The notes under the pieces: generated by a model
Seen by the model: the letters and a program-made list of their open reading frames with translations, nothing else
Database searches by the model: none
What the model was told of the DNA's origin: nothing
Program-made: the position numbers and the translations under genes
Part shown: positions 1 to 14,600 of the stretch, piece after piece
Layout: every line of letters begins with the position of its first letter
How positions within the stretch are numbered: the stretch's first letter is position 1
Assembly: GCA_012295275.1 (NCBI GenBank)
Contig: CM022670.1
Location: 14,880,001 to 14,944,000 of the forward strand
Direction of reading: 5' to 3'
DNA from: Chrysomallon squamiferum
Taxonomy: Eukaryota > Animalia > Mollusca
DNA: 64,000 nt

Positions 1-488
1 TCGAACTGTCATCTGGTATCTATATGTAATCACATTTCATGTAAAAACGATATGAACTTTTGTGTGCATTTATGGTTCTTGCCTGCATTTGATCACTTTC
101 TAAATGTATCTTGTTTAGTAAAACTGTGTTTAATAATGTTTTCTGTCTTGTGTTTTAAATATTCATTGAGCAACTCACAATACCATTAGGAACACAGCCC
201 TTTCAGATTTATTTGCCAGTGAAATTATACAGTGAAATAATTCATACAATGATATACAAACAGTCTTTCATAATATACAGATTAAACGTCACTTGTTCTT
301 AAAGTATTATTGCTAATGCCTGTAAGATACAAAGAAATCAAAATGTACACAAGTTAATAATGATGTCTCTAAATGACAAATTATATGCAGCAAATATATT
401 TTTTTGCAAGTGATATGGTATAAATGATTTCTAAAGCAATGTCTTGGTCATGGTGATATAAACACAAATATCAAAACACTATACATTA

Positions 489-2050
489 TCAATCTTTCTT
501 AAAATCAGGCATAGGTTTAGAATCCTCATTCCAGGCCACATATATAAAACCGCCAAGAATTATATGCACCACAACAATTGAAACAATTGCTGCATAGAAA
601 TAACTGCTGGTATTTGACAGTCCCAAAATACCTGAAAGATAAAAAAAACAAAAAAACAAAACATTTTATAAGGATGTTTGTTATTTCATCTATCAACAAC
701 TGTCATATGACTCTTTACTAAGTTTTCAGACATTACTGTTTTGTAGAACATAATTAGTTTAGTTTGACATCTTAGGAACAAAGAAATGGCTCTACACAGA
801 AATGACCTGTACGTGTCAATAAAGACATCAAAGTAATCAGTCAGTAACAGTCTGAGGTATCTATGTTTTCATATTTCTCTCTTGCATTATTATGCTAAAC
901 AGTGTCTCACAGTTGATGAAATGATGGGATGCTAGAGAAACCATGGAATAACCCTTCTTTTGATGTGTAATAACCACTGGCTAAAAAGTTTAGTATACCT
1001 AGTGTATTTTCAACAACGTAATAATAATAAAACCAATTCCTCATTTAACTGTGTTATTAACTTTTAATGGGTATTCCTTGTGAGATATTACAAATTACAA
1101 ATTTAAATTTGGTTTAGTTCTTTTTCATCATATCTGATACACCATACATCAAACAGTTTTAGAGTTACATCTGCAAATGTATAAAGGAGGTAACTTCTCT
1201 AAACCTGGAAGTTACTAGTCTATGGGTTGCAGGAAAAGAAAGGGCGAACAAATTTTGTTATTATTATTATTATTATTGTTGTTGTTGATGTAACACTTGG
1301 AACAAAACTTAAGACTACAATTTTAAAATGTCTATGTGTAATCAATCTTGCATGGTATACTTAATGTACTGACTCTTTGTCTGTCTGTTTATAAAGAAAC
1401 ACTCCATATGCAGTGGGATTTCCAGACTATTGGAGTAACTGATGTCTCACCATATATATATGTTTAAGAAAAACCACTATATTAAAAACACTATCAATAT
1501 AAGATATATTTAATAAAGGAAATTTTAAATTCTCAAAAAAATGACCACATTAAGTACATAAAAAACATAATATCAACTGCACCAGTTCACCTTGTAGGTT
1601 TAAAGGTTTCCTTTCTAGAATATGTTATATATATCCCACATAATGATAAATTAAAACAATGATAATAAAATACCACATTGTGGGTGCTTTTTTCTCAGCA
1701 TTTTCACCTTACATTTACTGCCATTATTGATGGTAACATTTTTTTCATACCATTTATAAAAAAATATATAATTACCTGAAATGAAATTTAATTTTAAATA
1801 TTGGATATTCTCCATTTGATAAGGTTTGTACCACTATTTACCCCTCACCCCCCCTACAAAATCATCCCAAAACACCCACATGCCCATCTGCCTTTCACCC
1901 CATAAAGCTCAATATTAAATCATTACCTTCAAAGACAAAGCTCTTGGAGAAAAAATAAGAAAAGATAGGACATGTCACCATTGCTAGACTGAAACCTATC
2001 ATTGTTTTCATCACTTTGCTGCTGCTGCCAGTTCCATTATCCCGCTGCAT
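489..2050 (-). CDS. VMA21: V-ATPase assembly factor VMA21; coding exons 2050-1927 and 631-489
   Basis: Manual splice (GT/AG, phase 1) gives MQRDNGTGSSSKVMKTMIGFSLAMVTCPIFSYFFSKSFVFEG-ILGLSNTSSYFYAAIVSIVVVHIILGGFIYVAWNEDSKPMPDFKKD*. It has two hydrophobic segments and the VMA21 signature SYFYAAIV..V.VH..L..F.YVAWNE. An acceptor at 2057 implies an upstream exon that I could not resolve. Confidence 0.93.
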
Positions 2051-2589
2051 TGTTATCTGAAATAAAAACGAAATGACATGACTAATTATCACCCACATAA
2101 ACTAATAGTACATCAGTTGTTGGAACATAATTAGGAATTAGGAATTAGGAATGTGAAACTGCTCGACGGAAACAATATAAAATTAAGAAAAAAGTTAAAA
2201 TATAATTTTTAAAAATACAGTCAAGGAAACTATACAATAAAAATCCTGGATAAACTATCTTTTTTTTTTCGATCGACTCAGTGATGTAAAATATTCATTA
2301 TATTGACAATACCAAATCAGTGAATACACGCGTGTCTGTAGAGTCTATACTTGGAATGAATCAGTGAATACAGAATTTTGAGAATACTGAATAAGTGAAT
2401 TATGAATACTAGAAACTAAGAAAGTAGAATAGTGATTCTGAATAGTCCTTATATTGAATAGATTTATAGTTCCTAATTTGAAAATAAATCTTACATCTGG
2501 GTAAAATAAGTGTTTGATATCAAGTTTTGTTAATATCTTTTGATATTCTTATTATAAACTAAAAATGACTTAATTATAGTAACGTATTT

Positions 2590-2989
2590 ATTATTATGGT
2601 GTGCGCCATTTTTGTAGTACTGCAGAATTAAATATTACAAAACGCTGTTTACAAATTCATAAATATTAATGTGTACACTTTTTAAAGCTGATAATTTCAA
2701 AAGCATATTTAAATTATGAAAATAATGATTCAAATAAACGTGCTTTTTAAATTTTGTTTTTGTTTTTGTTTTTATTTTTTCTGTTCAATCCCGCAGCAAC
2801 TTTAATACATTTCCTGTTTTGGTGGGCAGTTCCCTTACTGTGATTCTGCTATTGAAATAGATTTAGCTGTAGATGATTTAATTAAATTGTTTGGTGTTGA
2901 CACACTGTCATATCATCTTAATATGCAAAGGATATAATTTACTTAATTATAATACCCAAAATAAAACTTAAATAATCCTGTATAACAAA
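2590..2989. promoter_or_regulatory. Probable shared (divergent) promoter region of VMA21 and COMMD5
   Basis: Head-to-head start codons ~940 bp apart. A YY1-like GCGCCATTTT lies at 2603-2612, with a local rise in CpG. Confidence 0.45.
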
Positions 2990-4709
2990 ATGTCAATACT
3001 TCAGGTAACGGGTTCATTGTCGGGCCCAGGAGGAAAATTGTCATCTGCTTCAGAAAGAATGTCTTTTGTGGGAGCTCGAGTGCCATCAGAAATTAAAGAA
3101 ATAATTAAACCATTGTCAAAGCTGGAAAAGGAAATATTTCAAAAACTGTTGAAATGTATGCTTTATAATAAATTAACAATTTTCAAAATTTTACATAAAT
3201 CTGCAAGATTTTATAAATTATTTTTATTATAAGGTATTGTGAATAATATATATGACTTGAAAAAATTATTTACTGTCATACTTCATTAGAAAAAATGAGT
3301 GTCCAACGTACACAAAATTTATGAAGCCCATTTGTTCGTACCATAGTTTACAGTTCGATTTTATTTCAGTAATTGTGTCATCTTTGGAAGGGCAGCAGAT
3401 TGGATACACGCAGTTAAAACAGCTGGAATCAAGTATTCATAAAGAAGAACTTCTCACTACTTTATACACAGGACTTTACACACTAATCAAATGTGCACTG
3501 AAACACCCATCATCAAGCCTAAAAATAGAGGTGAGTGAAAAATTAACATCAATCACACTTAAGTGGAGGTGGAATAATGGTAAAAATGTTTGGTTGTATT
3601 TGTCACCTGTCATCTATAAATGCATAATGATACATTTTTTTTTTTAAATAGATGATTCACTTTTGTTTTCAGCATTTCAAGGAAGATTTGAGGGAACTTC
3701 AGTAAGTGTTTGATGGTGACGTAAAGGAGAAATTTTATAAAAACATCAGTTAGGTTAAAATTCAAAACACTCTTTCAGACTAATTTTTTGTTATTTTGTA
3801 AGTCCTTCCTATATAATTCATTTATGTGATGTATCATTATTTTAGCTACATGGTGTTCAGCAGTGTTCATTAAGAATCCATGAAAATACAGTAGACAACT
3901 TTTCATTTTATTTCCACATTTTAGGGGGATATCATTTTTAACAGGGTGGTAATATAAATGTTACAGTACAGAAGTTGTTTTTGATTTCTAAATTACCACT
4001 TAATTACATCCAACAATCTCCTATTAATTAATTATTTATTACTATTATATATATATATATGTATATATACATATGAATTGTTTTTCAGAATTCCTGAAGA
4101 TTTACATGCTGATATTGCAAGTGTTGTTTTTGGAAACAAGTAAGTTGAGTTATGATGAACATGTATTTGGTAGCATTTTGTTGTATGGAACTGAGAAACA
4201 TTTATATTGTTACGTTTAAGAAATAATCATTTTTAATTAACTGTTTAAGTGGCAGAACTAAAATTTTATGAATTGCAGTAAAAACATCCCTATAACATAT
4301 TTTTACCTCATTAATTCTTTAACAAGCTAAAACTGTTATTAATAATACTTGATTCAGGCTAATTAATTAAGAAAATATTATCTAGAGTCCTCTATAGTTA
4401 GGAAAATAAATCAGTCATTAAGTTTTATCCCAAGTATTGCAGAATTTAGAATTTTTTTTATTGTTACAGACGACCGCTGATAGACAAATCTATGCTGGCC
4501 AAGTGTCCTCGTTTTCCATCTCTTGATTTGTTCCAGTGGAGAGTTGATGTAGCAATTTCAACAAGGTGATTGTTGGGTTTTTTTAAACTAAATTACTGTA
4601 CAAAAAATTAAATATTCCATGCCAACAACAAACATATAATTTTATCACTGAATACAAATCTTTAACAATCATTAATTATGGTTTATTTTTATCATTTATT
4701 ATTTCAAAC

Positions 4710-4741
<32 letters not shown>

Positions 4742-5263
4742 ATATTTTATATTAGAGTTTCTTATATACAGTTTTTTTAGTTGTTTTTTTCATGGTACTT
4801 TTACATCATTATTACATTCTTTAACTATTCTGTTTTTAGTGTACTAAATCGTGTCCTAGAACCTACAATTCTTATGGAAATGACACTTGGAAATGGAAAA
4901 ATACACACATTTGAAGTATGTTTCTTGTTTCTTTATATATAGTATATACAAGTATCAAGTTACTTTCATTTGGATAATGGTCAAAATTAACATTCCTGGA
5001 ATTTTAATCTCAAACCATTAAGAAAATATAAATAAATGGCAGTTGGTACATAAACAAAGATTAATTAAAATTAAATTATTATTATTTTTTTTTTTTATAA
5101 TAAAATTCCTGTTATCAGTCCTGAATATAGAATGATTTTAATTACTTGTGTTTTGTTCCAGGTACCTGTGCTAAAATTTCATGAACTGCGATATAATGTA
5201 GCTTATATTTTAAAAGAAATGGAAGAACTGGAAAAAAGAAGCATACTCAAGATTCAAGACTGA
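2990..5263 (+). CDS. COMMD5: COMM domain-containing protein 5; exons 2990-3155, 3370-3530, 3673-3701, 4089-4139, 4470-4565, 4840-4915, 5162-5263
   Basis: Seven exons with GT/AG ends and compatible phases. The C-terminal COMM domain WRVDVAISTSVLNRVLEPTILMEMTL...FEVPVLKFHELRYNVAYILKEMEELEKR..IQD* matches COMMD5. Confidence 0.95.
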
Positions 5264-5601
5264 CTTAATCATCTGTGTATCATCCCTCACAAATAACTGA
5301 AATATTTAATATGTATCATTTGCTGGTGACACAAAGAAACACAAACAGAATATCAGTTAAAGACATTATTATTGAGTCAATAATAAAATACAACTCTTTT
5401 TACACATTTTCAATATTTTTAAATCAGTTAAATTGCAACAAGTTTTTTTATTGTCACTTTCAATTATTTCTGATTTTCCTTCTCTGTCTTCAAATATCCT
5501 GTCAGTTAAAAGCACATGTCTGATAATTATGATAAATATATTTTTGAATGTAAATTGTCCTTTGACATGCTCTATTTAAAACTTAATTATTTTTTTTTAT
5601 G

Positions 5602-8600
5602 TTATCTCTTCAGTGCTTTAATGAATGCATCTCTTGGAACGTCCACATTGCCAATTTTTCTCATTTTCTTCTTGCCTTCAGCTTGTCTTTTTAAAAGTTT
5701 CATTTTTCGGCTGACATCACCACCATACTAAAAAAATAATATATCTATACATTGCATTTCAGTTTTATATGATTAAGATAAAATAATTTAGCAGTTTTCT
5801 CTGTATGAATAATAATAAACAAGTTAAATAGTGCATAGAAAGTTAATGAAGATTCATTTTTTAATATGTCACCTAAGTTGAAACGTAAAATATTTTTCAA
5901 TATATTATAAAAATGCCCAATTTACATAAAAAAACATGATGTTGAGAAAGGCATGTTTAAAAATTTTAATACAATATTGCTAAACATGTTCATGCAGCTG
6001 TTAAAAGTAATACTTTATTTACAACTAATCAAATACTAACACATTTGGCTAGAACATCTTTGCGAAGTGGTCGGATATCTTCCCTTGCTAGAATCTTTGA
6101 TCCAACTGCTCCTTGTAAAGTGATGAGAAAAAGCTGACGTGGAATAGCTTCTTTCAACTTTGCACAGACACGCTTAGCTATACTCCTTGCCTTGCTAGTG
6201 TGACAGATCAAACTCAATTCTTCCACAGGGTTCCCATTGAGAAGAAAGTTTACCTGCAAAACAGTAATAATAATTCATTTGCATGTTCACTTTCCAGTCA
6301 TGTTGTCCATTGAATAATCATTTATCACATTTTCTGTAATTATTTCAAAATTACTAATTTAGGAACTTTTAGCTTTTTCTTTGAGAAATGGTTTAATAAC
6401 ACTAATTACATTTACTTGTATGTAATATTTGTACATAATATTTTTATAGCATTAAACACTGGAATGTCAAATTGATTCATAATCACAACACACTGACAAT
6501 GTAATTTCTCTTTAATATTTGTCTATGCAAATAATTTTTTTTAAATCTGTCAGAATGAAGTATACAAAAAGCTATCTCTTGAGCAAAATATTTCATCCAC
6601 CTGTTAAAATTTCATAAGAAACAGCTTTTATTTATTATTTTAAGACTTTATCATTATCTAAATTAAACATGTTATTGAATGACATTTAAAAACATATATT
6701 ACCTTTGTTAAACTGGAAGATTCAAATCCTAAATCTTCATAATCAAAGCTATATGAAAATTAAAAAAAAGAAATTATTGTACTTTGTATGAAAAACCTGA
6801 TACATATTTGAGAACTGGTATCAAATGCTTCTCTAAACCTTTGCAGTACTAACAATTTTGAAATAATTAGAAAATAAATTTATGGCATTTGTAAAGTGAG
6901 AATCCAAAAAAGGTGTTTAAGATGCAAAAAGATAAAATCTGCATGTTTCTATTGTGATGAATAGATAACTATATGAATGTAAAAAAATATAGAATATTAA
7001 ATTATATTTTTTTAAATTGACAGATAAAGCATTTAATCTATAACTATACAATGTGTGTATATGAATGTTTCTATTTGTGTATATATATGTCTGATAGAGA
7101 AAGAAATACTATTACAAATATACTCAAAAAAAGTATTTATGTATGTATGTAAGTACGATTGTGAGTGTGAAGAAATCTGTAAGAGAAATTTTCCAGTTTG
7201 TTATCAGTTATAATAATGTCTGCTACAGAACATCATCACAAATTAAATTATAACATCTCATAAACTGAATTTTTAAAAATATTCTTTTGAAGATTATCTC
7301 ACCTTGCATAACCTGAAGTCAGTGACTTCAGCTCATCATAAAAATCTATGAGAATTTCATTGAGTGGAAACTTGGCTTTTAACATGATTCTTTTCTCATC
7401 CATGTATGTCTGGTCAACAAGACTTCCTCTTCTGTCCTAAACACAAACACAACAACTGTTAAAAAAAGAAACTAAATTCCTGAAGATAACATATTTAAAA
7501 ATGTTCAGTATCCTAAATCACATGGATAAAAAAAGGAAAAAAAAAGAACAAAGAATTAATACAAACTAAATAAAATAAATTTTCAGTAAGGCATTAACTG
7601 TCTCACAATTCTATTTTAACAGGTTCAGACTTCTTTTTACATTAAAAATTTTAAACTAATTCTTACTAAAATGAGATTTGTGATGTTTCCAAGGTAATCA
7701 TCTGGTGTTATTATAGTTCCCATAACAACTGGTTCTTGGAAGTCTGTGATTATGCTTTTATCAGGAAGCTGAAAATATATATTTTTTAAATCTTTATTTA
7801 TAAAGGTTTTTAGTCTTAACAGTTAAATGAAACCATGAATAAACTGTCTAATGAAATTCTTTACATTTCAAAGTTGTATTTAATTGTCTTGGAAGACCTA
7901 TCATCCTCATAAAATTTGATAACTCAACATTTGAATGCTGCTCATTAACAGCCTCAGTTACGAGGTCATCAAGAATTTGAAGGGCTGATAACATACTGAT
8001 TTTGATGACTACAAGAGACTTCATAGTAAATATGCCTAATATATTAAGATTGTTTCTTTATATCTCCAAAGGCATACTTTAACATCATAAACTGGAAACC
8101 ACTAAACCAAAATAAATAATGTCCTTCTTAATTCAACTAACAAAAGAAAGAAATGTTTATAAGCAGCAAAGATTTTAGGATACCAGTTCTTACTCATTTT
8201 GTGAAATTCCCAAAATTAAAATGTAAATATAAAATTAAAGAGCCTCACAGGTAAGTTATAGTTGTAAATACAGAGCAGTTTAACATCTTATTTTAGAAAT
8301 ATCTGTTACATTAAAGCTGCAGACTGTAACATGCAGTAGCTTGTTAACTTACATGACAAGGATTCAAAACTGTGACTTCTTCTGAACCGTATTTCTTTAT
8401 GTTTCTGGCACCATGAATTTTCACTGAAAAAATGATAACATCACCTTTAATTCAGTATTTGTCAAATAATTCAAAACAATGCATTATTATTAGTTTTAAA
8501 ATCACATTCTAAAGAAATAATATATAAAAAAATAACAAATAATTCAGAAGGTAAAACGTACAGACATAACCAACATTGTGACAAATTTAAAAAGCTTTCT

Positions 8601-11600
8601 TCCTTGATATTCAAAACAAGAGCAGTAACAGAAAAAATACTGATAAGATATCCACAATTTATAATAAGTGCATCTCTTTAATAGTGAATGTCTTCATTAT
8701 GAAACTGTTAAAACTTTCTGAGGATGCTACTTTTAGTCATGCCTTTGACGACAATACCCACAAACAATTATTAACATTTAAACAATAAACGAAATAGCTA
8801 AACTGTTCTAAATGAAAGAAAATATGTAACTTTCATGATATTCATAAAAAATGTGAACTATTGCTGGTATAAATGTGAAAGTGAAGAACCTAGGGCAAAT
8901 TATTAATTATTTTCTTACCTTTGTAAGGAACATTGGGACATGTAACAATAACAGAGGCTTTGTGCTCCTGTTCTAGTCGCTGGTTAAACACTTCCATGTG
9001 TAACAAACCCAGAAACCCAAGTCGCCAACCCTGACCTAAAGCTGGGCTGTAAAAGTTATTAGTTTACTAATTAATAATTAAAAAAATACCAAAACAACAA
9101 ATCATTAAATAAAGAACAAGAACCAGGTACTGAATAAAGCACAAAATTACTTTTAAATTTTTAATTTAATGTTTAACACTAATGCATTTTTTTGTTTGTT
9201 TTATGGCTAATCATGAAATACTTCAGCAAATTGTTAGAATTTCTTTACATAAAATATTTCATTGATTTTCTTTCAACTTAATTACTACAAGTATTGTATC
9301 GAATTAATGATATCAAATATTTTTTTACCAATTGAATTTCTATATTATTAAATGAGCTCCTTGAATTTTATAAAAAAGAATACAATTATTTTCCTTTTGT
9401 TAATTAATGAAAAAGTTTGAAACCTGTTGTCAGCATGTACAGAAACACTAGCATCATTGAGGGTTAGTTTCTGAATGGCACTTTGCAGAGCGTTATATTC
9501 AGACTGATCAGAAGGATAAATACCAGCAAACACCTGCAAGAAATAAAAATTCCTATTATATAAAACAAATATACCTCCACTAAAATAGCACTAAAAATAT
9601 ACCACCACTAAAATAGCCATATATCAATCTGTTTGCACTTTTTGGTAAAGCATGATATAATCCACAGTTATTTGGGAAAATAATTAAACTTATATTTACT
9701 GAATATTTTAATACAGGGGATCCTCAACATATGTTCTCATGCAAATATGAAAACATGACAAATAACAAAATGTCATATAAAGAGGAATTTTTGTAATAAC
9801 ATAGATACATTTCAAATAAACCATATTTTCGCAACTTCACTTACACAAGCATACTGCAATGTACCTACAAACAATAATAAATGTGTAACATATAACCAGC
9901 TATACCATATAAAAATAAATATTGACTAAAAAAAAAATAACAAATTAGTGCCAAGGTGTTCACTCATTCCTTATTTGTTGCCAGTGGAAGTGCAAAACAA
10001 TGTACATAGGATAAACACAGCATGATACTCTGCATTAAAATCTATAAATCTAAAAAATACAGGTACCAGTGCAACCTTGTTAAAACAAATCTAACACCCA
10101 CAGTTACTGGAATTTGTACATTTCAAAGGCATCACATATCTAATTAGTGGCTTGTTACCATTGGCTTAGCAGGTTTGAATCCAGGTAGTGGTTCAACAGG
10201 TATGTCTTGGTGGTGAAAGGTATCCCCAACTTGTGCTTCCTTTGTATTTCTCATATTAGTTATCACATAGCCTACCTGACCAGCATATCTGAAACAATAA
10301 TTAATAATTTTTTTCGAACAGAATAATTTGTGTAATATAAAAAATATTTTAATTTTTTTTTAAAAAGATGTTTCGCATATCAGAATTATCTTCAGCAAGA
10401 TCGGAACTGGAAATATAAATTTCTGGGAGGCTCAAATTATAACTTTCAGTTAAGCGTTTTTCTCAAGACTGAACTTTTTTGATGATAATGAACGAAACAA
10501 GCAGGTTTATTCCATATGATCCAGATTAAGAATAAATATACAGAAAAACAATTTTAATTAATTAACATCTATTTACTGCCTTTTATGAAATAAAAATATA
10601 TAACAGAGCACATCTCTGGGACTTGTGTAATTATAAAAACATAATTTTTTTAATAAATTATAATCCATTTTTTGCCTTTTATAAAACTTAAAGATAAACT
10701 AGAGATAGTCTCTTGAATAATTATATTGTGATTACTAACAGTGTGGGAATGGAAATTTCCAGTGGATGCATCACACCAACGTCATGAACTTCATACACCT
10801 TGCGACTGGAGGCTGAAGTAATCTTGTCTCCTGAAATCAGAGTACTACATAGATTACACTAAAATTATTAATTAAAACTGAATTTTTATTTGTTGTTTTT
10901 TTTTGTTGTATTTATTTACTTACATATTTAATTCACTTATTTTTTCAATTATTTATTATTTGACATATTTACTTATGGGTCATTCCGTGTCAAATCACCC
11001 AAAAAAAAAAGAAATTTAAACCCGACCGTCTCAGATTTTTATAAAATTTGGTATACTTGTAGACTGGGATCCCACAGCACCAAATCTGAAATATTAGCCG
11101 AATCAGACCAGTGGTGTGGGAGATACGGCCCACGGAATTTTGAGATTTTTGCCAAAAATGGGTGTGACCACCAACCTTAGAACCCTCATATCTCAGGAAC
11201 TACTGGGCCAATCTTCACAAAATTGGTATTGTTAGAAAGGCAAAATGACAAGGATACCAAATCTGCCATTTTTGTTTAGTTTGGAAAATATTGGAGTACC
11301 TTGACCTTTTGACCTTTGCTATGACCTTGAAATTGACCGTGTGGATCACGTGATCTTGAGATGACCTTTATTGAAATTTAATCTCCCACATGTTAACTAA
11401 AACATATAAAAGTTTCCTGGGTGTAATATTTTTTGTTTAGCCACAATATAGATTTAAAAAATGCACATACCTGAAAATAACACGTTTACAGCAATTAACA
11501 TCTGATTGACTAAAACCTGAATGATCAATTCTGGATGCTAGGGATCACTATCTTTCTTGATCATCCAGTAAGACATTGTAGGCCTACATGTATGCATAAA

Positions 11601-14600
11601 GTTCACATAAATTTGAGAGAACTAGGTGTTTCTGATGCTTAACCTTCTCACTATGTTTGTTTCAAATGCTCACTGTATCCTTCATTCCCAGACACATTCT
11701 ACTGTTCTCATCACTTTCATAAAATTGGATTATTTCCTCCTTCAATTCATTGTCCTTTCAGTGGTAAATGGTGACAAAATCAAGATTTGCACACGCTCTG
11801 GGTAGGATTCAGACATTAAGATGTCATTTTAATGTTACTGTAGCTGATGCTAGTTTTTTTCTGTCCTTTCATTCATTTAGTGGAATGTGCTAGTGAATGG
11901 AGTTTGACAGGCGTTTCGCCTAAACTCAACAGAATAGAATTCAAATCAAAGTCCTTTTCTGGGGAAACAACAACCAGCGGTTTGTCTGGCAAGTTATCAC
12001 CAAATTCTCCCATTGTAGTACCACCCATACTAAAGCCATCCTCTGCAGGACCTTTGATTTCTGAAGGGTAATCAGACAGTCACAGCACAACTTGTCTCCT
12101 GGCACTAATGTCTTTGGAGGATTTACTAAGCATTTGTAAGTGCCCATGCTAACAATTCTTAAAGATCTAGTGTGTGCTTGCTCAGGGTGGCGATTAAGGG
12201 GATCACAACAGTTTTTCTGCGATGTTGAAAATTTGATGAAACGTTCTTGTTCATGATACTTTGATGTCCCGTGTTTTGATCCCACTTCAAAGAGTGAGGA
12301 GTTCGATTTCCTCAGTTTTCCATACATTAACAACTCCTTTTTGATATGATGGTGTTGATAACACACATTTTCAGGAGAGTTAAAGCTGCAGTTAGCCCTG
12401 GAAGAAATAAGGATTTTCAGTATTGGCCTGCACCTTCAATTCAAAGTCAGTTTTCCTAAATATTAAATCAAATCCTGAAACCCTTTCAGTAAAGTTAAGC
12501 AGGTCATAAAATGGCAGCAGAGTACATGTGTTATTGCCAAAGGCCCACAAGTCTTGGGCATTTATGTCAATCTTCTCAAGTATAAATCACAGTTTATTAA
12601 GGTGAAGTAGACCTTGTTCATACTCTTGCCAAGACTGGGTTACAAATACATTATGCAGTACATTTGATGACATCTGATTTCAGACTGGGTTGTACTGTTG
12701 TTGACTGAAGCCTTGTTCAAAACCAATGGCAAGGCCCACATGACATGATAAAATTACTTAATAGGTTTTATGAAATAAAAATATTGTTTATATATCAACA
12801 TCTGACATTGTGTCCAACTTAAAAAGCTTCAGATTGTCAAAGAAATGCAGATGAAGAAACTTCTTTGTCTTAAACTTCAAATTGCCATGTGCTCAATGGG
12901 GATTACCAGGGAATCTAAAGGAGTTCCTGACCTGTCTGAAGCATTACTTCCTGTTAACCCTTTGAGCCTGATTGTGTAGAACATGTCATGCCATTTGGCA
13001 TCTTTTCATATCCTTCAGGCATTCCTTCAGACATGTCAGGTGGGTTTTAACTCCAAAGATGAGTTTTTAGTCTCAGAGAAAATGTACATTGTAATGCATT
13101 GTATCAATCATCCATGCAGGTATGCATTTTTTTAAATCTCTATTAAGGCTAAACAAAAAATATTATACCCAGGAAACTTTTATATGTGAACTTTATGCAT
13201 ACATGTAGGCCTACAATGTCTTACTCGATGATCAAGAGAGATGGTGATTCCTAGCATCCAGAATTGATCATTCAGGTTTTAGTCAATCAGATGTTTAATG
13301 GCTGAAAAGGTGTTATTTTCAGGTATGTGCATTTTTTAAATCTATATTGTGGCTAAAACAAAAATATTACACCCAGGAAACTTTTATATGTTTTAGTTAA
13401 CATGTGGGAGATTAAATTTCAATAAACGTCATCTCAAGATCACGTGATCCACACGGTCAATTTCAAGGTCATAGCAAAGGTCAAAAGGTCAAGGTACTCC
13501 AATATTTTCCAAACTAAACAAAAATGGCAGATTTGGTATCCTTGTCATTTTGCCTTTCTAACAATACCAATTTTGTGAAGATTGGCCCAGTAGTTCCTGA
13601 GATATGAGGGTTCTAAGGTTGGTGGTCACACCCATTTTTGGCAAAAATCTCAAAATTCCGTGGGCCGTATCTCCCACACCACTGGTCTGATTGAGCTAAA
13701 ATGTCAGATTTGGTGCTGTGGGATCCCAGTCAACAAGTATACCAAGTTTCATAAAAATCTGAGACGGTCGGGTTTAAACCATTGGGTGATTTGACACGGA
13801 ATGACCCTTATTAATTCAGTTACTTACTTACTGTTTTGTTTATTTACTTTATTTATTAAAAGCAAACCTCTTTTAATCATTCCATCGACAACAACCATGT
13901 GAGTTATAACTCCTTTGTATTGGTCAAACCAGGAATCAAACAACAGAGCTTTCAGTGGCTTGGAAACATCGGAGCAAGGCCTGAAGATTTAAAAAAAACA
14001 TTTTGCTGTATTTAATGAATCAGATACTGTCCAGTCTAACTCTTCAACTGATTCCTGCAAATTTCAGATACTCCAACTTGTGAAATAGATAACATTTATG
14101 TGAACTCTTTTTTTTAATTTATTTTTATTTTTTATTTTGTCTCATTTCAAATATCTTGGATTAAAATATGATTTTTTTAATATAACCAATATTAGTTAGT
14201 ATGAAAGGTCTTTGGAACTGGGTTTTTTTGTTTATTATCATTTGTATTTTCAAAACTCTTAAACCCCAAATAGTGTATTTTAGAAATAAAATAACAAAGG
14301 TAAACATTTAATAATAAGTATTATAATTTACCTACGGTGGAATTCTGTCAATAATAGTCTTCAGAACATCTTCCACACCAGTTCCTTGCTTGGCTGATAT
14401 CTGCATACACAAAAATACTTTCTTTAATCACTGAATATATTTACTAGTTTTATAGAGATATTAAAATGCAATGGCATCCTTTATTAAATAAGTAATACAC
14501 ATAATAAATAAATAATTATTATATCTTGAAAGAAAACAATAAGATTTTATGTGCATACAAATATACTAAACCTTTTTCAGTTTAAAATTGAAGTTATATT

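Noticed and set aside
489-503. KKXX ER-retrieval signal on VMA21
   Set aside because: The C-terminus is FKKD, with lysines at -3 and -2, not the canonical -3/-4 or -3/-5 spacing.
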